Shown here: one piece after another, positions 18,159 through 28,269 of the stretch
How the letters are laid out: each line of letters starts with the position of its first letter
Numbering within the stretch: position 1 is the first letter of the stretch
IMG/VR virus record: IMGVR_UViG_3300037042_003397
Coordinates: 1 to 62,215 of that record
DNA length: 62,215 nt
Direction: 5' to 3' (one strand)
DNA from: a virus
Taxonomy: Duplodnaviria; Caudoviricetes
The notes under the pieces: model-generated
What the model was told of the DNA's origin: nothing
Database searches by the model: none
What the model saw: only the letters and a program-made list of their open reading frames with translations
Program-made: the position numbers and the translations under genes

Positions 18159-18353
18159 ATGGAAATAGGTGAAGTAGAGAAGGTGAAAAATGAGTTTCAG
18201 ACGATAAAAGTGTGGCGTAAAACTTACAAGTCGCTAAAGTTAATAGCAGCATTGACCGGAGAAACGATGGTGATTTTATTTCAACGATTGACATCTGATG
18301 AACTTTCTAGGGTGAAATCAAAGGAGATTAACGATGCCACAGTGGGAGAATAG
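18159..18353 (+). CDS. small putative DNA-binding protein (ribbon-helix-helix-like)
   Basis: TIKVWRKTYKSLKLIAALTGETM pattern. Confidence 0.5.
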   Translation: MEIGEVEKVKNEFQTIKVWRKTYKSLKLIAALTGETMVILFQRLTSDELSRVKSKEINDATVGE

Positions 18354-19821
18354 GATCGTTGAGACAGGTGAGATCGACATTAGTAAAGTTATTTTGAATC
18401 CTAATAATCCGAAGCAGCATCCTGCTTATCAGAAACAGATGTTGAGTGGTTTTATTGAAGATGTGGGATGGGTCAATTTTACGATCATCAATAAAAGGAC
18501 TGGACACCTGGTTGATGGAGAGGGAAGGTATTGGAGTGCGATTGAGAACGATCAAAAGACACTTCCGGTTGCATGGATCGACGTGTCTGAAGAAGAAGAA
18601 CTTAAGATACTGGCAAGTTTGGATACAACTACTTCGTTTGCAACGATTAACATTACCAAGATGACCGATGTTGTCAAGCGGATTGTTGCGAATAATGATG
18701 GGATGAGAAACATCATCAAGGCGATCACTCAAAGAAACAAGATCGACATTACCGATGTGTTGAATAAGAATACCAATATCGATAAGCCTAAATCGGATGG
18801 TATAGAAAAAGAAGGGGATGACATAGAGAAAGAAGATGATGGATATACGCAATTGTCTGACAAGAATGATGAAATCATGAAGAAGGAGAATGAAAAGTTA
18901 GATCAGATTGCGTTGGACAATAACATCAAAACGGGTGATGTGTGGGAGTTGGCTCCGAATGTCTTTGTTATGTGCGGAGACTCCAGGGAAAAAGCGGATA
19001 TTCTCACACTGGTTTCAAGGTCTGGTGCGTTGAAAAATGTAGTAGGCATAACCGGCGTTTTCACTTCGCCACCATACGCAATGCAGAGAAAAGATCAGTA
19101 TGGTGGTATCAGCGAAGAAGAATATGTGGATTGGTGGGAGTTGGTTCAGGAAAATTGCAGAGAAATTATGAATGGGGATGGTAATTTCTTCTTGAACATA
19201 AAAACTGGCGGGACAAAAGAAGGGCAGTTATCTTTATACGTTATTGATCTGGTTCAGTCGATGGTCAGGAGATGGGGATGGAAACTGATCGAAGAATATT
19301 GTTGGGTGAAAGCATCTGTAATGCCAAGGATGGTAACTAGAAGATTTAAGAACAAGTTTGAACCTGTTTATCAATTTTCCAATTCGATGGAGTTCAAGTT
19401 CATTCCAACGAATGTGATGAATATGTCCAATGATGTTCTTAATAATCGTGGTGACGGAACTGGAAATACATCGTGGGGGAGATGGCAAGGTAAACCAGAC
19501 GCTGAGTCACCAAAAGATATGAAAGGTATTCACGAAGGAATGGCTTATCCAAGCAATGTTATAGAGTCTACGTGGAGTAAGGCTTATGGTCACGAAGCAT
19601 CATTTCCTGAAGGGTTGGTTGAATTCTTCATCAAGGCATACTCGGCAGATGGAGATGTTTGGTTTGATCCTTTTGGTGGAAGTGGAACGACTGGCGTTGT
19701 TTGCAATCGGTTGGGAAGGGGTTGTATCATGATGGAGAAGCTTCCAAAGTATATTGCAGTGATGATAAATCGGTACAAGGAAGAATTGGGATCAGAACCA
19801 AAAAGGATATACCAATTATGA
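18334..19821 (+). CDS. ParB/Srx-like domain fused to DNA amino-methyltransferase
   Basis: NPNNPKQH and LVDGEGRY at the N-terminus; TSPPY and FDPFGGSGTT at the C-terminus. Confidence 0.9.
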   Translation: MPQWENRIVETGEIDISKVILNPNNPKQHPAYQKQMLSGFIEDVGWVNFTIINKRTGHLVDGEGRYWSAIENDQKTLPVAWIDVSEEEELKILASLDTTTSFATINITKMTDVVKRIVANNDGMRNIIKAITQRNKIDITDVLNKNTNIDKPKSDGIEKEGDDIEKEDDGYTQLSDKNDEIMKKENEKLDQIALDNNIKTGDVWELAPNVFVMCGDSREKADILTLVSRSGALKNVVGITGVFTSPPYAMQRKDQYGGISEEEYVDWWELVQENCREIMNGDGNFFLNIKTGGTKEGQLSLYVIDLVQSMVRRWGWKLIEEYCWVKASVMPRMVTRRFKNKFEPVYQFSNSMEFKFIPTNVMNMSNDVLNNRGDGTGNTSWGRWQGKPDAESPKDMKGIHEGMAYPSNVIESTWSKAYGHEASFPEGLVEFFIKAYSADGDVWFDPFGGSGTTGVVCNRLGRGCIMMEKLPKYIAVMINRYKEELGSEPKRIYQL

Positions 19822-20534
19822 AAGTAGTTGTGTCCGTATCCGATAAATATCTATGGTGTTTGCAGCCATTTTCCTATTTCTTCAACAAGTATTGGTCTGA
19901 ACTTCAGGATGTTGTTGTTGCCGGGTATAGTCTACCCAACTTTGAACTGCCTAAAAATTTCACGTTCTACCAGATAGACACTTATAATTATCCTAAAGAG
20001 AAATGGGTCGACGGAATGTTGAGGTTCTTGTACTGGCTTTCCGATGATACATTCACGCTTCTGCTTGAAGATTATTGGTTATGCAGAACAGCAGATGTAA
20101 CTGGAATAAGAACACTTAATGATTTTATGCTGTTCAATCGTAATATACTAAGGATGGATTTGACAGCAGATCGACTGTACGCAGGCGGCTGTAAAGATGT
20201 TGATTACTTTGGTCATTACGATATTATAGAGGCCAGGGGAAGTCAATATCAAATGTCACTTCAGGCTGGAATATGGAGTAAGAAACTTCTGATTGATATA
20301 TTTGAGAAGTTACCAATAACCAGTCGATCAGCGTGGGAAGTTGAGTTCATGGGAACTGAGTTTATCAATCTATCTCCGGATAAGTTCCTTGTTTTCGGGA
20401 CAAAGCAAATTCCGATCAGGTATGTTAATGCATGTAATAATGCGTTAGGTATTAACAAAGAAATGGAAGGATTCGGAAAATCAGATAAAGAGATATTACA
20501 AAGGATGATGCCACAATGGATAGCGCAGCGTTAA
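19818..20534 (+). CDS. putative GT-A fold glycosyltransferase
   Basis: LLLEDYWL (DxD-like), SLQAGIW and SAWEVE motifs; ATG at 19818 coupled to previous stop. Confidence 0.6.
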   Translation: MKVVVSVSDKYLWCLQPFSYFFNKYWSELQDVVVAGYSLPNFELPKNFTFYQIDTYNYPKEKWVDGMLRFLYWLSDDTFTLLLEDYWLCRTADVTGIRTLNDFMLFNRNILRMDLTADRLYAGGCKDVDYFGHYDIIEARGSQYQMSLQAGIWSKKLLIDIFEKLPITSRSAWEVEFMGTEFINLSPDKFLVFGTKQIPIRYVNACNNALGINKEMEGFGKSDKEILQRMMPQWIAQR

Positions 20535-21058
20535 AGTTATCAAAAGCATTCGGTTTTTTATACGAGAAAGAAGTAATGACACTCAATACGATTGCATCAA
20601 AACTTCCAGATCGAGCATTGTGCGTCAATATTGGCGCAGGAACTGGAACATCAGCGATGGCAATTCTTGAGATCAGACCAGATTTGACAGATACATTTTA
20701 TACAGTTGATTTCTGTGAGTCAGGTCCTCTTGGATCGCTTCAAGGTGAGCGCAACGAGTTCGATGTGGCGAAGATGAGATATCCCAATCAAATACTCGGT
20801 GATAGTTTTGAAGTATCACGAATGTGGTCGCATGGGTTGATTGATTATCTGTTCATTGATGCGAATCATGATCGTGAATTTATTATCAGGGACATCAATG
20901 GATGGATCAGATATCTAAGACCAAAAGATGGAATTCTTGTCTTTCACGATTATGGGTCGATGAATTGGTGCGACGTGAAAGAAGTGGTTGATGAGTTCTT
21001 TGGCGAACCTCACCTGGTAGTTGAAACTATGGCAGTGTTCTACGGGATAAATTTATAA
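20516..21058 (+). CDS. class I SAM-dependent methyltransferase (Methyltransf_24-like)
   Basis: NIGAGTGTS, IDYLFIDANH, LVFHDY. Confidence 0.85.
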   Translation: MDSAALKLSKAFGFLYEKEVMTLNTIASKLPDRALCVNIGAGTGTSAMAILEIRPDLTDTFYTVDFCESGPLGSLQGERNEFDVAKMRYPNQILGDSFEVSRMWSHGLIDYLFIDANHDREFIIRDINGWIRYLRPKDGILVFHDYGSMNWCDVKEVVDEFFGEPHLVVETMAVFYGINL

Positions 21059-21060
21059 TC

Positions 21061-24000
21061 ATGAAGATAAAGATGATACCGAACCTCTCGCAAGGAGGTA
21101 ATAATCCGAGTGGAATATCAAGGGTAGTTGAAGCCTATTATAAATATCTTCCCATGTTTGGAGTTGAATTTACAGATGGAGATGACTATGACTTGAGCGT
21201 GGTTCATGCTGGTGTAACTGGCGCAAATTGCGATGTTGCTGTTTTGCATGGAATTTACTTTACAGCAGATTATGAGTCCAGCGGGTATGAATACAAGTCA
21301 AACGAGAAGATTGTCAGGGCATTGCGAAGTGCGAAGCAGATAACCGTTCCATCTTATTGGGTATCTGAGATTTTGCAAAGAGATATGCGGATCACTCCAT
21401 CCGTTGTTCCTCATGGTATTGATAGTAAGTTGTGGGAACATGACAAGCCTAATGCCGGATATGCTTTGTACAATAAGAACAGGGATGCGATGGATGTGTG
21501 CGACTCGAAACATCTTGTCGCATTGGCAAAGTTGAGAAAGGATATTCCCTTTTTATCGACATTTTCAAAGACTGCATTACCCAATATTAAAGTAACTGGA
21601 GTGCAGCCTCACGAAATTATGAAGGATATGGTTCAGCGGGCAAATGTTTACTTATCACTTACTAAAGAAACTTTTGGAATTGGAGCCCTTGAAAGTTTGG
21701 CGTCGGGCGTTCCTGTTCTCGGTTTCCGCTATGGTGGAAATGTTGATACTATCACTCATGGTGTTACTGGCTATCTCGCTAATCCCTACGACTACGATGA
21801 CCTGGCAAATGGTCTTGATTACTGCATTAAGTATCGTGATATTCTTAGTGCTAACTGCTTTGAACTTATTAAGGCTTGGACTTGGGAAAAAGCAGTAGAA
21901 AAGTTGTATCACGTTCTTGAAAGTGCCATGGTGTTAGAGAAAGATACTGTGTCTGTGATTATCCCAACTTTCAACTATGCGAATAAAGTGGGTAGAGCGA
22001 TTGAGAGTTGTGAAAAGCAGATCAAGAAACCGGATGAGATTATTGTGGTGGATGATGGATCAACAGATAATACCGAAGAAGTTGTGAATGACATAATCTC
22101 GAACAGTACCAGCAACATAAAATACTTCAAGAAAAGTAATGGTGGCGTTGCAACTGCAAGAAATTATGGGTTCGAGCAATCTACCGGAAAGTATGTTTGT
22201 TTTTTGGACGCTGATGATGAGATTGCACCGAAGTTTTTGGATGTGTGCGTTGATTATCTTGAAAAGAACAGATCCATTTCGCTTGTCTACACAAGTTTAA
22301 TGTATGTGAATGGGGATAATCGTAGTGTGTCGCAGTGGCCTGGTGTGTATGATTATGATGCTCAATTAAGACGAAAGAATCAGGTTCCAACCTGCAATGT
22401 AGCCAGAAGGGAATTGTGGAGCCGGTTGGCAGGACAGAGACAGCGATATGCGCCCAATGGAGCCGGATCTGAAGATGCGGATATGTGGACAAGGGCAGGC
22501 GCCTACGGTATGGATGCAAGAAAGATTACCGAAGAACCATTGTTTATTTATCATGGTGGTGGAAGAACATCGGTAGACTATCGTGAGGTAGATTGGTTAG
22601 GATGGCATCCTTGGGCAACGGATAATCTTCATCCATTTGCAAGTTTAGCATTGGCGCAACGAGTATCTCACCCGGTAAGACAGTACGATCAGCCAGCAAT
22701 ATCTGTGATTATTCCGGTTGGAAAGGGACATGAGGAACTGGTGATTGATGCGCTGGATAGTCTCGATGCTCAATCATTCAGGAATTGGGAAGCGATTGTA
22801 GTGTGGGATAGTCCTAATCCAATTCCGCATCTTATCAAAGTTGGATTTCCGCACGTGAGATTTTTTGTCAATGAAAAAAGTGGCGTTGGGCCTGGTGTTT
22901 CAAGAAATATTGGCGTGAAACAATCCAGGGGAAAGTTGATATTGTTCCTTGACGCTGATGACTACCTTATACCCGGCAGGTCATTATCGAAGATGTACAC
23001 AGAATGGCAGTTGTCCAATTCGATTGTGTACTCTGACTATCTTGGAATATCAATCACGACCGATGACGACTTAATAAAGTTCGGTGATAGGGTTGTGAGT
23101 TATAACAAGAGAACGCACGAGGTTATCTCAACGTTCAAGTCGGCTCCGTATGATTGTGAGTTGGCGCAACAACAGCCCAACGAGAGAATGTATCACTGGT
23201 GCCTGGTAACTTGTCTTATCCCGAAAGAATTTCATAATGCCATTGGTGGTTTTGATGAAAGTATGAAGTCGTGGGAAGATGTGGATTATCACTGGCGAAT
23301 GGCGAGAAAGGGGTATTGCTACAGCAGGATACAAGAACCTCTTATTATGTACCGGTTCACGACCGGTTCAAGAAGGGAATTAGCATCAGCTTACAACAAT
23401 AAAGATGCTGGAATAGAATTGATTAAGTATATGTCAGACAAGTACAAAGGAGTACCTAATATGCCTTGTCCTGGTGGTTGCGGAAATAGATCAAGTTTTG
23501 TTCAGAATGTTTCATCGGAACAGTCTGCTAGAGTTGACATAAAAGATGATGAGCTTGTGATGATAAGACTGATCGATCCAAATAAGGGCGATCATTCTAT
23601 CATTGGCCCAATATCAAGACAGAATTATGGATACAGATCAAGCGGTGATACATTCTTGGTGAAAGGCGTTGACGCTGCTTCGGCTCCACATATGTTCCTT
23701 ATCCTGAACACGGATGGAAGCTCTATGTCAAAACAGGTTGTTGAGAAACCAAAAGAACCTGTCTTAGTGAAACAACCAGAAGTGGTGAGTAAACCGGTTG
23801 CAGTCGCAAGTGAAATTAAAGCCCAATTTCGTGTAGCCGAATTATCTCCGGTTACGGTAGTTGAACCGCCTGTTATCCAGAAAAGATATGAATTTGTGGA
23901 TGCGGTTGAACCTGAGAAAGACTTTACGGATTACAGCCAGTACAGTGATGAACCGATGGACTTGCAGTTGATACCGGGTATCAGTCTGACGCATGCTTCA

Positions 24001-24135
24001 AGATTGAAGGACTTATCCATCAATTCAAAGAGAAGGGTCATGAAATTGGGAGTTGAGGGATTGATTGAGATTAAAGGAATTGGAATAACGAGGGCCGAGG
24101 TAGCCATAAAATACATCAAAGAAAATCCACGATGA
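21061..24135 (+). CDS. multidomain glycosyltransferase: GT4 + GT2 + GT2 + C-terminal HhH-containing module
   Basis: ETFGIGALESLASGVPV (GT4); VSVIIPTFN..VVDDGSTD..FLDADD and ISVIIPV..FLDADD (two GT2); IPGIS..IKGIG HhH. Confidence 0.9.
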   Translation: MKIKMIPNLSQGGNNPSGISRVVEAYYKYLPMFGVEFTDGDDYDLSVVHAGVTGANCDVAVLHGIYFTADYESSGYEYKSNEKIVRALRSAKQITVPSYWVSEILQRDMRITPSVVPHGIDSKLWEHDKPNAGYALYNKNRDAMDVCDSKHLVALAKLRKDIPFLSTFSKTALPNIKVTGVQPHEIMKDMVQRANVYLSLTKETFGIGALESLASGVPVLGFRYGGNVDTITHGVTGYLANPYDYDDLANGLDYCIKYRDILSANCFELIKAWTWEKAVEKLYHVLESAMVLEKDTVSVIIPTFNYANKVGRAIESCEKQIKKPDEIIVVDDGSTDNTEEVVNDIISNSTSNIKYFKKSNGGVATARNYGFEQSTGKYVCFLDADDEIAPKFLDVCVDYLEKNRSISLVYTSLMYVNGDNRSVSQWPGVYDYDAQLRRKNQVPTCNVARRELWSRLAGQRQRYAPNGAGSEDADMWTRAGAYGMDARKITEEPLFIYHGGGRTSVDYREVDWLGWHPWATDNLHPFASLALAQRVSHPVRQYDQPAISVIIPVGKGHEELVIDALDSLDAQSFRNWEAIVVWDSPNPIPHLIKVGFPHVRFFVNEKSGVGPGVSRNIGVKQSRGKLILFLDADDYLIPGRSLSKMYTEWQLSNSIVYSDYLGISITTDDDLIKFGDRVVSYNKRTHEVISTFKSAPYDCELAQQQPNERMYHWCLVTCLIPKEFHNAIGGFDESMKSWEDVDYHWRMARKGYCYSRIQEPLIMYRFTTGSRRELASAYNNKDAGIELIKYMSDKYKGVPNMPCPGGCGNRSSFVQNVSSEQSARVDIKDDELVMIRLIDPNKGDHSIIGPISRQNYGYRSSGDTFLVKGVDAASAPHMFLILNTDGSSMSKQVVEKPKEPVLVKQPEVVSKPVAVASEIKAQFRVAELSPVTVVEPPVIQKRYEFVDAVEPEKDFTDYSQYSDEPMDLQLIPGISLTHASRLKDLSINSKRRVMKLGVEGLIEIKGIGITRAEVAIKYIKENPR

Positions 24136-24470
24136 GTGATCTTGCTTTCAGGATAGTTGAGTTCGTTGTGGTAGCAATGGCAGTATGGAGAGTGTCGAGC
24201 ATTGTTGCAAGGGAAGATGGGCCGATGGACATCTTCCCAAGGTTCAAAACACGAGTGTTGGACTTATCCGAGAATAAAAGAATTCATATATCCGTAAGGA
24301 AGATGCTCAACAGTTTCTATCGTGGATTGAATTGTATCTGGTGCAATTCAGTTTGGTTCTCTGCAATTGCTTCTATCTTTATTTCTGTATCCTTTTTAGA
24401 GTGGATCGTTGTGACCCTTTCTTTGAGTACAGTCGCTATAATGGTAGAAACATTCATTAAAGGAGAATGA
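24132..24470 (+). CDS. DUF1360-like membrane protein
   Basis: WRVSSIVAREDGP and LNCIWCNSVW motifs, hydrophobic helices. Confidence 0.7.
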   Translation: MSDLAFRIVEFVVVAMAVWRVSSIVAREDGPMDIFPRFKTRVLDLSENKRIHISVRKMLNSFYRGLNCIWCNSVWFSAIASIFISVSFLEWIVVTLSLSTVAIMVETFIKGE

Positions 24471-24471
24471 T

Positions 24472-25671
24472 ATGGCAATTTCTTCAACTAAAACATTACT
24501 ATCGCTCGATAGATACTGCACTATCATGGGGATAAATCCAGTTCATTTCAATGGTGGTGGATCTGTCTCGCTCATATCCGGGAAAACATTATTTCCAATT
24601 GAAAATGCCAGTAACCTGGTATGGCCTCAATTCAACTGGCAGAACCACGATCAGGTTAGTCGGGACGAGTTGGCTGTTGCCATATCAAACGCTGAGAATG
24701 AGATCAAGTCTTACGTTGGCTTTTCCGTTTCTCCAGACTGGGAAGAAAATGTCAGATACGATATGAACCATTCGTTCAGACCTGGTTATGCTTCTTATTC
24801 AAGTGCTGTGAATTTGACTACACGCAAGTTTATATCAGGAGGTAGAAAGTTATCTACCAAGCTAGGCGCATACTCGGTAACATTGACTGATGTAGATACG
24901 GATGGATGGAAAGAGATTGCAACAGTCACATTTCCAGTTGGAACAGATACTGATTTATTTAAGTATAAGATTAAATTTGTTGGCAGGGATGAAGAAATAA
25001 GGCCGGCTAAGACTAAGCAAATTATTGGTGCGAATGTGGTAGTGACTTTTAATCGGTGGATGTTGGTCAGTCCACTGTTATGGGAAGCATTTGAAACAGA
25101 TGATACTGCTGGAAAATCAATTGATATGTCAGTTGATGCTAACTTTGTGACAACGGTTGATGTGTACTATGAAACAAACGATGCTACAAAAAGTCATTGT
25201 GACTTCAATTTATTCGAGAATGGAGTCACGTCAATACAGGGTGGATATTCTTTATTGTCATCTGGCGATAATATTATTTCAGTAAGTCCTGGAAGTTATA
25301 ATTCAATTACCGGATTATGGGAGTACTCTTGCATGGATATGAGTGATGCAATTTGTATGAATTTATGGTACTATGCAGGTGCAAGAACTCAGAACCTTAA
25401 CAAGTTTTTTGATTACATGCCAGATCAGATCGCAACCGCAATATCTTATCTTGCTACTGCCAGGCTTGAAAGACCATTCAATTCAAACACAAATACGACT
25501 TCTCTTTCTGAAGAATTGAGAACGGATGTGTCCGAGCCGTTGGTTGGAAAATTCAGATTGATCAGTATGAAATTATTGGAAAGTCCATTTGGAACAAAGC
25601 GTGGTGAGATATTGGCGTATAACTATCTTAAGAACTTCTCGAAGAAGATCATGGGAAGTGCAGTAATATGA
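24472..25671 (+). CDS. putative head-tail adaptor
   Basis: AISNAENEIKSYVG helix near the N-terminus; position before tail genes. Confidence 0.55.
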   Translation: MAISSTKTLLSLDRYCTIMGINPVHFNGGGSVSLISGKTLFPIENASNLVWPQFNWQNHDQVSRDELAVAISNAENEIKSYVGFSVSPDWEENVRYDMNHSFRPGYASYSSAVNLTTRKFISGGRKLSTKLGAYSVTLTDVDTDGWKEIATVTFPVGTDTDLFKYKIKFVGRDEEIRPAKTKQIIGANVVVTFNRWMLVSPLLWEAFETDDTAGKSIDMSVDANFVTTVDVYYETNDATKSHCDFNLFENGVTSIQGGYSLLSSGDNIISVSPGSYNSITGLWEYSCMDMSDAICMNLWYYAGARTQNLNKFFDYMPDQIATAISYLATARLERPFNSNTNTTSLSEELRTDVSEPLVGKFRLISMKLLESPFGTKRGEILAYNYLKNFSKKIMGSAVI

Positions 25672-25970
25672 AAATTGTAATTTGGCAGGATAAGAATGGA
25701 TACAAGCATGGATCATTGTTGAGGGATTTGGATTCTAGCGATGCTCCCGAAATTGGAATACCTCTCGATCCGCCCGACGTGAGGGAAATATTTTCGGAGT
25801 GTGAAAAAGAAGTGCATAATGCGTTAGTTGATCGAAAATTGTTTACCTGGGAAGATGTGCAACGGTCTCAGGATGGAGTAACATCCGTTATAACGTCAAT
25901 TGTAAGAAGAAGGTTCATAGAACGTTATAAGGAAAAACATATTAATCAAGGAGTCAGAGATGGCAAATAA
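25668..25970 (+). CDS. hypothetical structural-region protein
   Basis: 100 aa, translationally coupled. Confidence 0.65.
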   Translation: MKIVIWQDKNGYKHGSLLRDLDSSDAPEIGIPLDPPDVREIFSECEKEVHNALVDRKLFTWEDVQRSQDGVTSVITSIVRRRFIERYKEKHINQGVRDGK

Positions 25971-27468
25971 TGTTTATGATCCTTTGAAATCAGCGTACTC
26001 CAGAGTATTTCTGATTGAAGGTAGAGCTTCTCCGGTGAATGTCCCAGCGTACATGTCTCAGCTAAAAGCGACAGGCATTACCAGGAACTTTGGAGATACG
26101 ACCAAGATAGAGATGCCCGATCCCGTCAATTACGGAAAGTTCATTGAAGTAGATAGTATCCGTGGTGTGACTGAACGGGCTACAAGTTCGTTAGTTGGGA
26201 AGTATGCGCTCAATTTGAAGTCAAAGCTGCTTCAACTTGCAACCCAGGGTTGCGCTATTGATATTCAAGTTCACATGGGAAAGTGTACTGATCCTAGTTC
26301 GTTCAATTCATTCTCGAAGTCACTCATTTTTGAGAGTGTTATCGTTGGGAGTTGGGCGACTGAAGATTTGGGCGCAATCTCATCCGATGAAAATGCGAAA
26401 GTGGACGAAACGGCTGAAATTTCTGCTGCAAATGTGTACGAAGTTGTTCCTCTTTTATACCAGTCAAGATCGAATGATGTGGTCACTAATCCAGTGATTG
26501 ACATCAAAGTGATTGACTACTCGTCATGTGGTGACTGCGGCAATGCCAGTGATGGTTGCTATCAGATTTTTGCAATTTCAAAAGCGGCTGGTGGTTCTCC
26601 TACTACTCCAGCTGATGTGATTTTCTCCACCGATAAGGGAGCGACGTTCAAGGCGCATGACATCGATTCGATGAATGTTGCCAGTGATGGAAGTTCAATC
26701 TTTGCGGTGGGTGATGATATTGTCGCAGTTAGCAAAGACGAGAATGCATTATTCTATGCGGCAAAATCGGAGATTATTGGAGGAGGTGATCCGCTTTTCG
26801 TCAAGATAACATCCGGGTTTGTGTATAAACCGCTGTATGGTTGCTCTGCTGGAAGAAAAGCGTTCATTGTTGGGATGTGGGGTTACATCTATCTTTGTGA
26901 AAATGCGGCCGCCGGTGTTACCGTACTTGAAGCTTCTTCTATAACCACTTCCAATCTCAATCATGTGTACGCCTACGATGAGAATAATGCGGTAGCGGTT
27001 GGTAACAGTGGTGTTGTTCTGTACACAACCAATCAGACCAGTTGGTCAATGGCGCCCACGGTTCCGGTTGGCATTGCTGTCAATCTGAATTGTGTGTTCA
27101 TGAAGTCAAAGACTGAATGGATTGTAGCTGCATCCGACGGGAAATTGTACTATACCATTAATTCTGGTACTACTTGGATATCAAAAGTAATGCCTGGTAC
27201 TGCTCCTAGTGCGATGACTCATGTTGCGTTTTCTACTAATTCTGTTGGGTTTGCATCTGGAACTGTATCTAGCAAGGGTAAACTTTACCGGACGTTTGAT
27301 GGTGGATATAGTTGGGTTGTTGTTCCATCGAGCGGTGGTACTTTTGTCAATACCACAGAGATTACCAGGCTTGCGACTTGCATGAGTGATCCTAACTTTG
27401 TTGCTGCGGGTGGTCAGAATTTCCCGACTGCCGCTGATGGGATCATCATAATCGGCAGTTCTATCTAA
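25960..27468 (+). CDS. putative major tail protein with C-terminal Asp-box/BNR beta-propeller
   Basis: upstream of chaperones and tape measure; STDKGATF, TINSGTTW, TFDGGYSW repeats. Confidence 0.65.
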   Translation: MANNVYDPLKSAYSRVFLIEGRASPVNVPAYMSQLKATGITRNFGDTTKIEMPDPVNYGKFIEVDSIRGVTERATSSLVGKYALNLKSKLLQLATQGCAIDIQVHMGKCTDPSSFNSFSKSLIFESVIVGSWATEDLGAISSDENAKVDETAEISAANVYEVVPLLYQSRSNDVVTNPVIDIKVIDYSSCGDCGNASDGCYQIFAISKAAGGSPTTPADVIFSTDKGATFKAHDIDSMNVASDGSSIFAVGDDIVAVSKDENALFYAAKSEIIGGGDPLFVKITSGFVYKPLYGCSAGRKAFIVGMWGYIYLCENAAAGVTVLEASSITTSNLNHVYAYDENNAVAVGNSGVVLYTTNQTSWSMAPTVPVGIAVNLNCVFMKSKTEWIVAASDGKLYYTINSGTTWISKVMPGTAPSAMTHVAFSTNSVGFASGTVSSKGKLYRTFDGGYSWVVVPSSGGTFVNTTEITRLATCMSDPNFVAAGGQNFPTAADGIIIIGSSI

Positions 27469-27514
27469 TATTCTTTCGCATAAGCGGATTGAACCTTCCT
27501 ACTGGAGGAATTGA

Positions 27515-28012
27515 ATGAAACTTGCAAAAGCTGTAAAGTTTGATGAAATAACACTATCGAGTGGAGTTGTACTGAATATCAATAAAATTCCCAGGCTGTT
27601 GATTGGAGAATTAGTAAAAGTATCCAGGCCAACTCCTCCGATAGTGATGATTGAAGCGATTGGTCGAGAAGAAGAAAATCCATCTGATCCTATTTATTTA
27701 GCGAAGGTTCAGCAATGGGAAACAGAGGTATCAATGAAAATGGTTGATGCCTTTGTTTTGTTTGGTACTGCTCTCAAGTCTAAACCTGATGGTTTTTCAG
27801 ACTTCTTAGATAATTCAATTTCTGCCAAGTTGAAGATATTAGGAATCACTGCGAACACTTCAGATGAAAGATACCTGGCGTGGGTCAAGTTCATTGCCTG
27901 TGCCGATGATGAAGATATAACCTTGATCGTGGATAGTGTTGGACGGTTATCGGGCGTTTCCGAAAAGGATGTGAGTGAAGCTGTAAGCAAATTTCGGGGT
28001 GACGCTAAATGA
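27515..28012 (+). CDS. tail assembly chaperone (gpG-like)
   Basis: position between tail tube and tape measure. Confidence 0.7.
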   Translation: MKLAKAVKFDEITLSSGVVLNINKIPRLLIGELVKVSRPTPPIVMIEAIGREEENPSDPIYLAKVQQWETEVSMKMVDAFVLFGTALKSKPDGFSDFLDNSISAKLKILGITANTSDERYLAWVKFIACADDEDITLIVDSVGRLSGVSEKDVSEAVSKFRGDAK

Positions 28013-28268
28013 AGAAATAATCACGGAGCTTCCCGTGAGTCAGAAAGATATACTCGGCATTTCAATTGAAGAAACAAAACCGCCGGGTATGGTTGCATTA
28101 TACGAAGAATACGCGGTGAAGGATGAAGGTGGTTATAATGTGATTGAGTGGGAAGGGTTATCTCCCATTCAAAGAGCATACGAAGTGGCTTATTTGAGAA
28201 TAAAAAGATCAATTGAATATCAAAAATCGAAAGCAGAAGAAAAGGCGATGAAGCGAGGTAGCTCATAA
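27999..28268 (+). CDS. tail assembly chaperone extension (gpT-like), +1 frame
   Basis: overlaps the end of the previous ORF; no clear RBS. Confidence 0.6.
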   Translation: MTLNEEIITELPVSQKDILGISIEETKPPGMVALYEEYAVKDEGGYNVIEWEGLSPIQRAYEVAYLRIKRSIEYQKSKAEEKAMKRGSS

Positions 28269-28269
28269 A

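Noticed and set aside
18334-19821. Plasmid partition system
   Set aside because: The ParB-like domain is fused to a methyltransferase, a common phage arrangement, and there is no ParA partner next to it
6138-19821. Restriction-modification system
   Set aside because: Both DNA methyltransferases lack a recognisable cognate restriction enzyme; the nearby HNH is a small phage type
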